From a virus: DNA of 64,000 bases. Every line of letters begins with the position of its first letter. Position 1 is the stretch's first letter. Positions 63,918 through 64,000 of the stretch are shown piece after piece. The notes under the pieces were generated by a model. The model did no database searches, was not told the origin of the DNA, and saw nothing but the letters and a program-made list of their open reading frames with translations. The stretch lies in IMG/VR virus record IMGVR_UViG_3300045988_162372; one strand, 5' to 3'. Position numbers and translations under genes: made by a program.

Positions 63918-64000
63918 TTATAATGAATCAACAATCATTTCATCTGCTGTAAAATAATCATTATCATTTATTTGATAAGTTGCATCATTTTTTGATTTCA
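63918..64000 (-). CDS. 3' end of a gene entering from the right edge (last 27 codons)
   Basis: The minus strand reads ...KSKNDATYQINDNDYFTADEMIVDSL-stop (stop = plus-strand tta 63918..63920). By position it could be the small terminase; this is unverifiable here. Confidence 0.35.
   Translation of the reverse strand, partial: KSKNDATYQINDNDYFTADEMIVDSL

Noticed and set aside
1-64000. CRISPR arrays, tRNA/rRNA genes, integrase or prophage borders
   Set aside because: No regularly spaced direct repeats were seen. No GC-rich cloverleaf-like intergenic segments were seen; the intergenic gaps are short and AT-rich. No recombinase motifs were found in any ORF.
1-64000. Stop-codon recoding (TAG or TGA reassignment) as reported for some gut Bacteroidota phages
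   Set aside because: All large structural and replication genes are intact under the standard code. No gene appears fragmented by in-frame stops, apart from the intein-split polymerase, and that break is explained otherwise.
1-64000. crAss-like podovirus assignment (first impression from AT-richness, Bacteroidota promoters and PolB)
   Set aside because: The window contains a contractile sheath, a gp19-type tube, gp20/21/22/23-type head genes and a gp55-like sigma. These indicate a T4-core myovirus instead.

Overview
By eye this window is very AT-rich (roughly 30% GC, not computed). It is a contiguous stretch of a tailed-phage genome, a contractile-tail myovirus with a distant T4-like core. 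No cellular housekeeping genes, rRNA, tRNA, CRISPR array or integrase were seen. On the minus strand there is a collinear head module: large terminase, portal, two unknowns, gp21-like prohead protease, acidic scaffold, gp23-like major capsid protein. Also on the minus strand are four fibre or receptor-binding genes, tail sheath and gp19-like tail tube. A block follows with dUTPase, GMP reductase, a 2H phosphoesterase, two glycosyltransferases and a gp55-like late sigma factor. Plus-strand blocks carry replication genes (SNF2 helicase, DnaQ-like exonuclease, family-B DNA polymerase), baseplate-like genes and PhoH. Several promoters match the Bacteroidota sigma-A consensus (TTTG-N19-20-TAnnTTTG), so the host is probably a Bacteroidota member. 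The most notable observation is that the family-B DNA polymerase is broken exactly inside catalytic motif C by an intein that is itself split into two ORFs. These are a 191-aa N piece and a 33-aa C piece, separated by a 164-nt gap that holds a relic of a free-standing homing-endonuclease gene. This is a 'fractured gene / split intein' arrangement. Other points of interest: an expanded family of Zn-ribbon-repeat/Vsr-like nuclease genes (3 intact large copies, 1 shorter relative, 2 relics); a conserved GATATTTAT element 23-38 nt upstream of 14 structural genes alongside the gp55-like sigma; a moron-like unit inside the head operon; an Acb1-like 2H phosphoesterase candidate; and a GuaC-type GMP reductase. 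All functional calls rest on motif recognition by eye, and no database search was possible.
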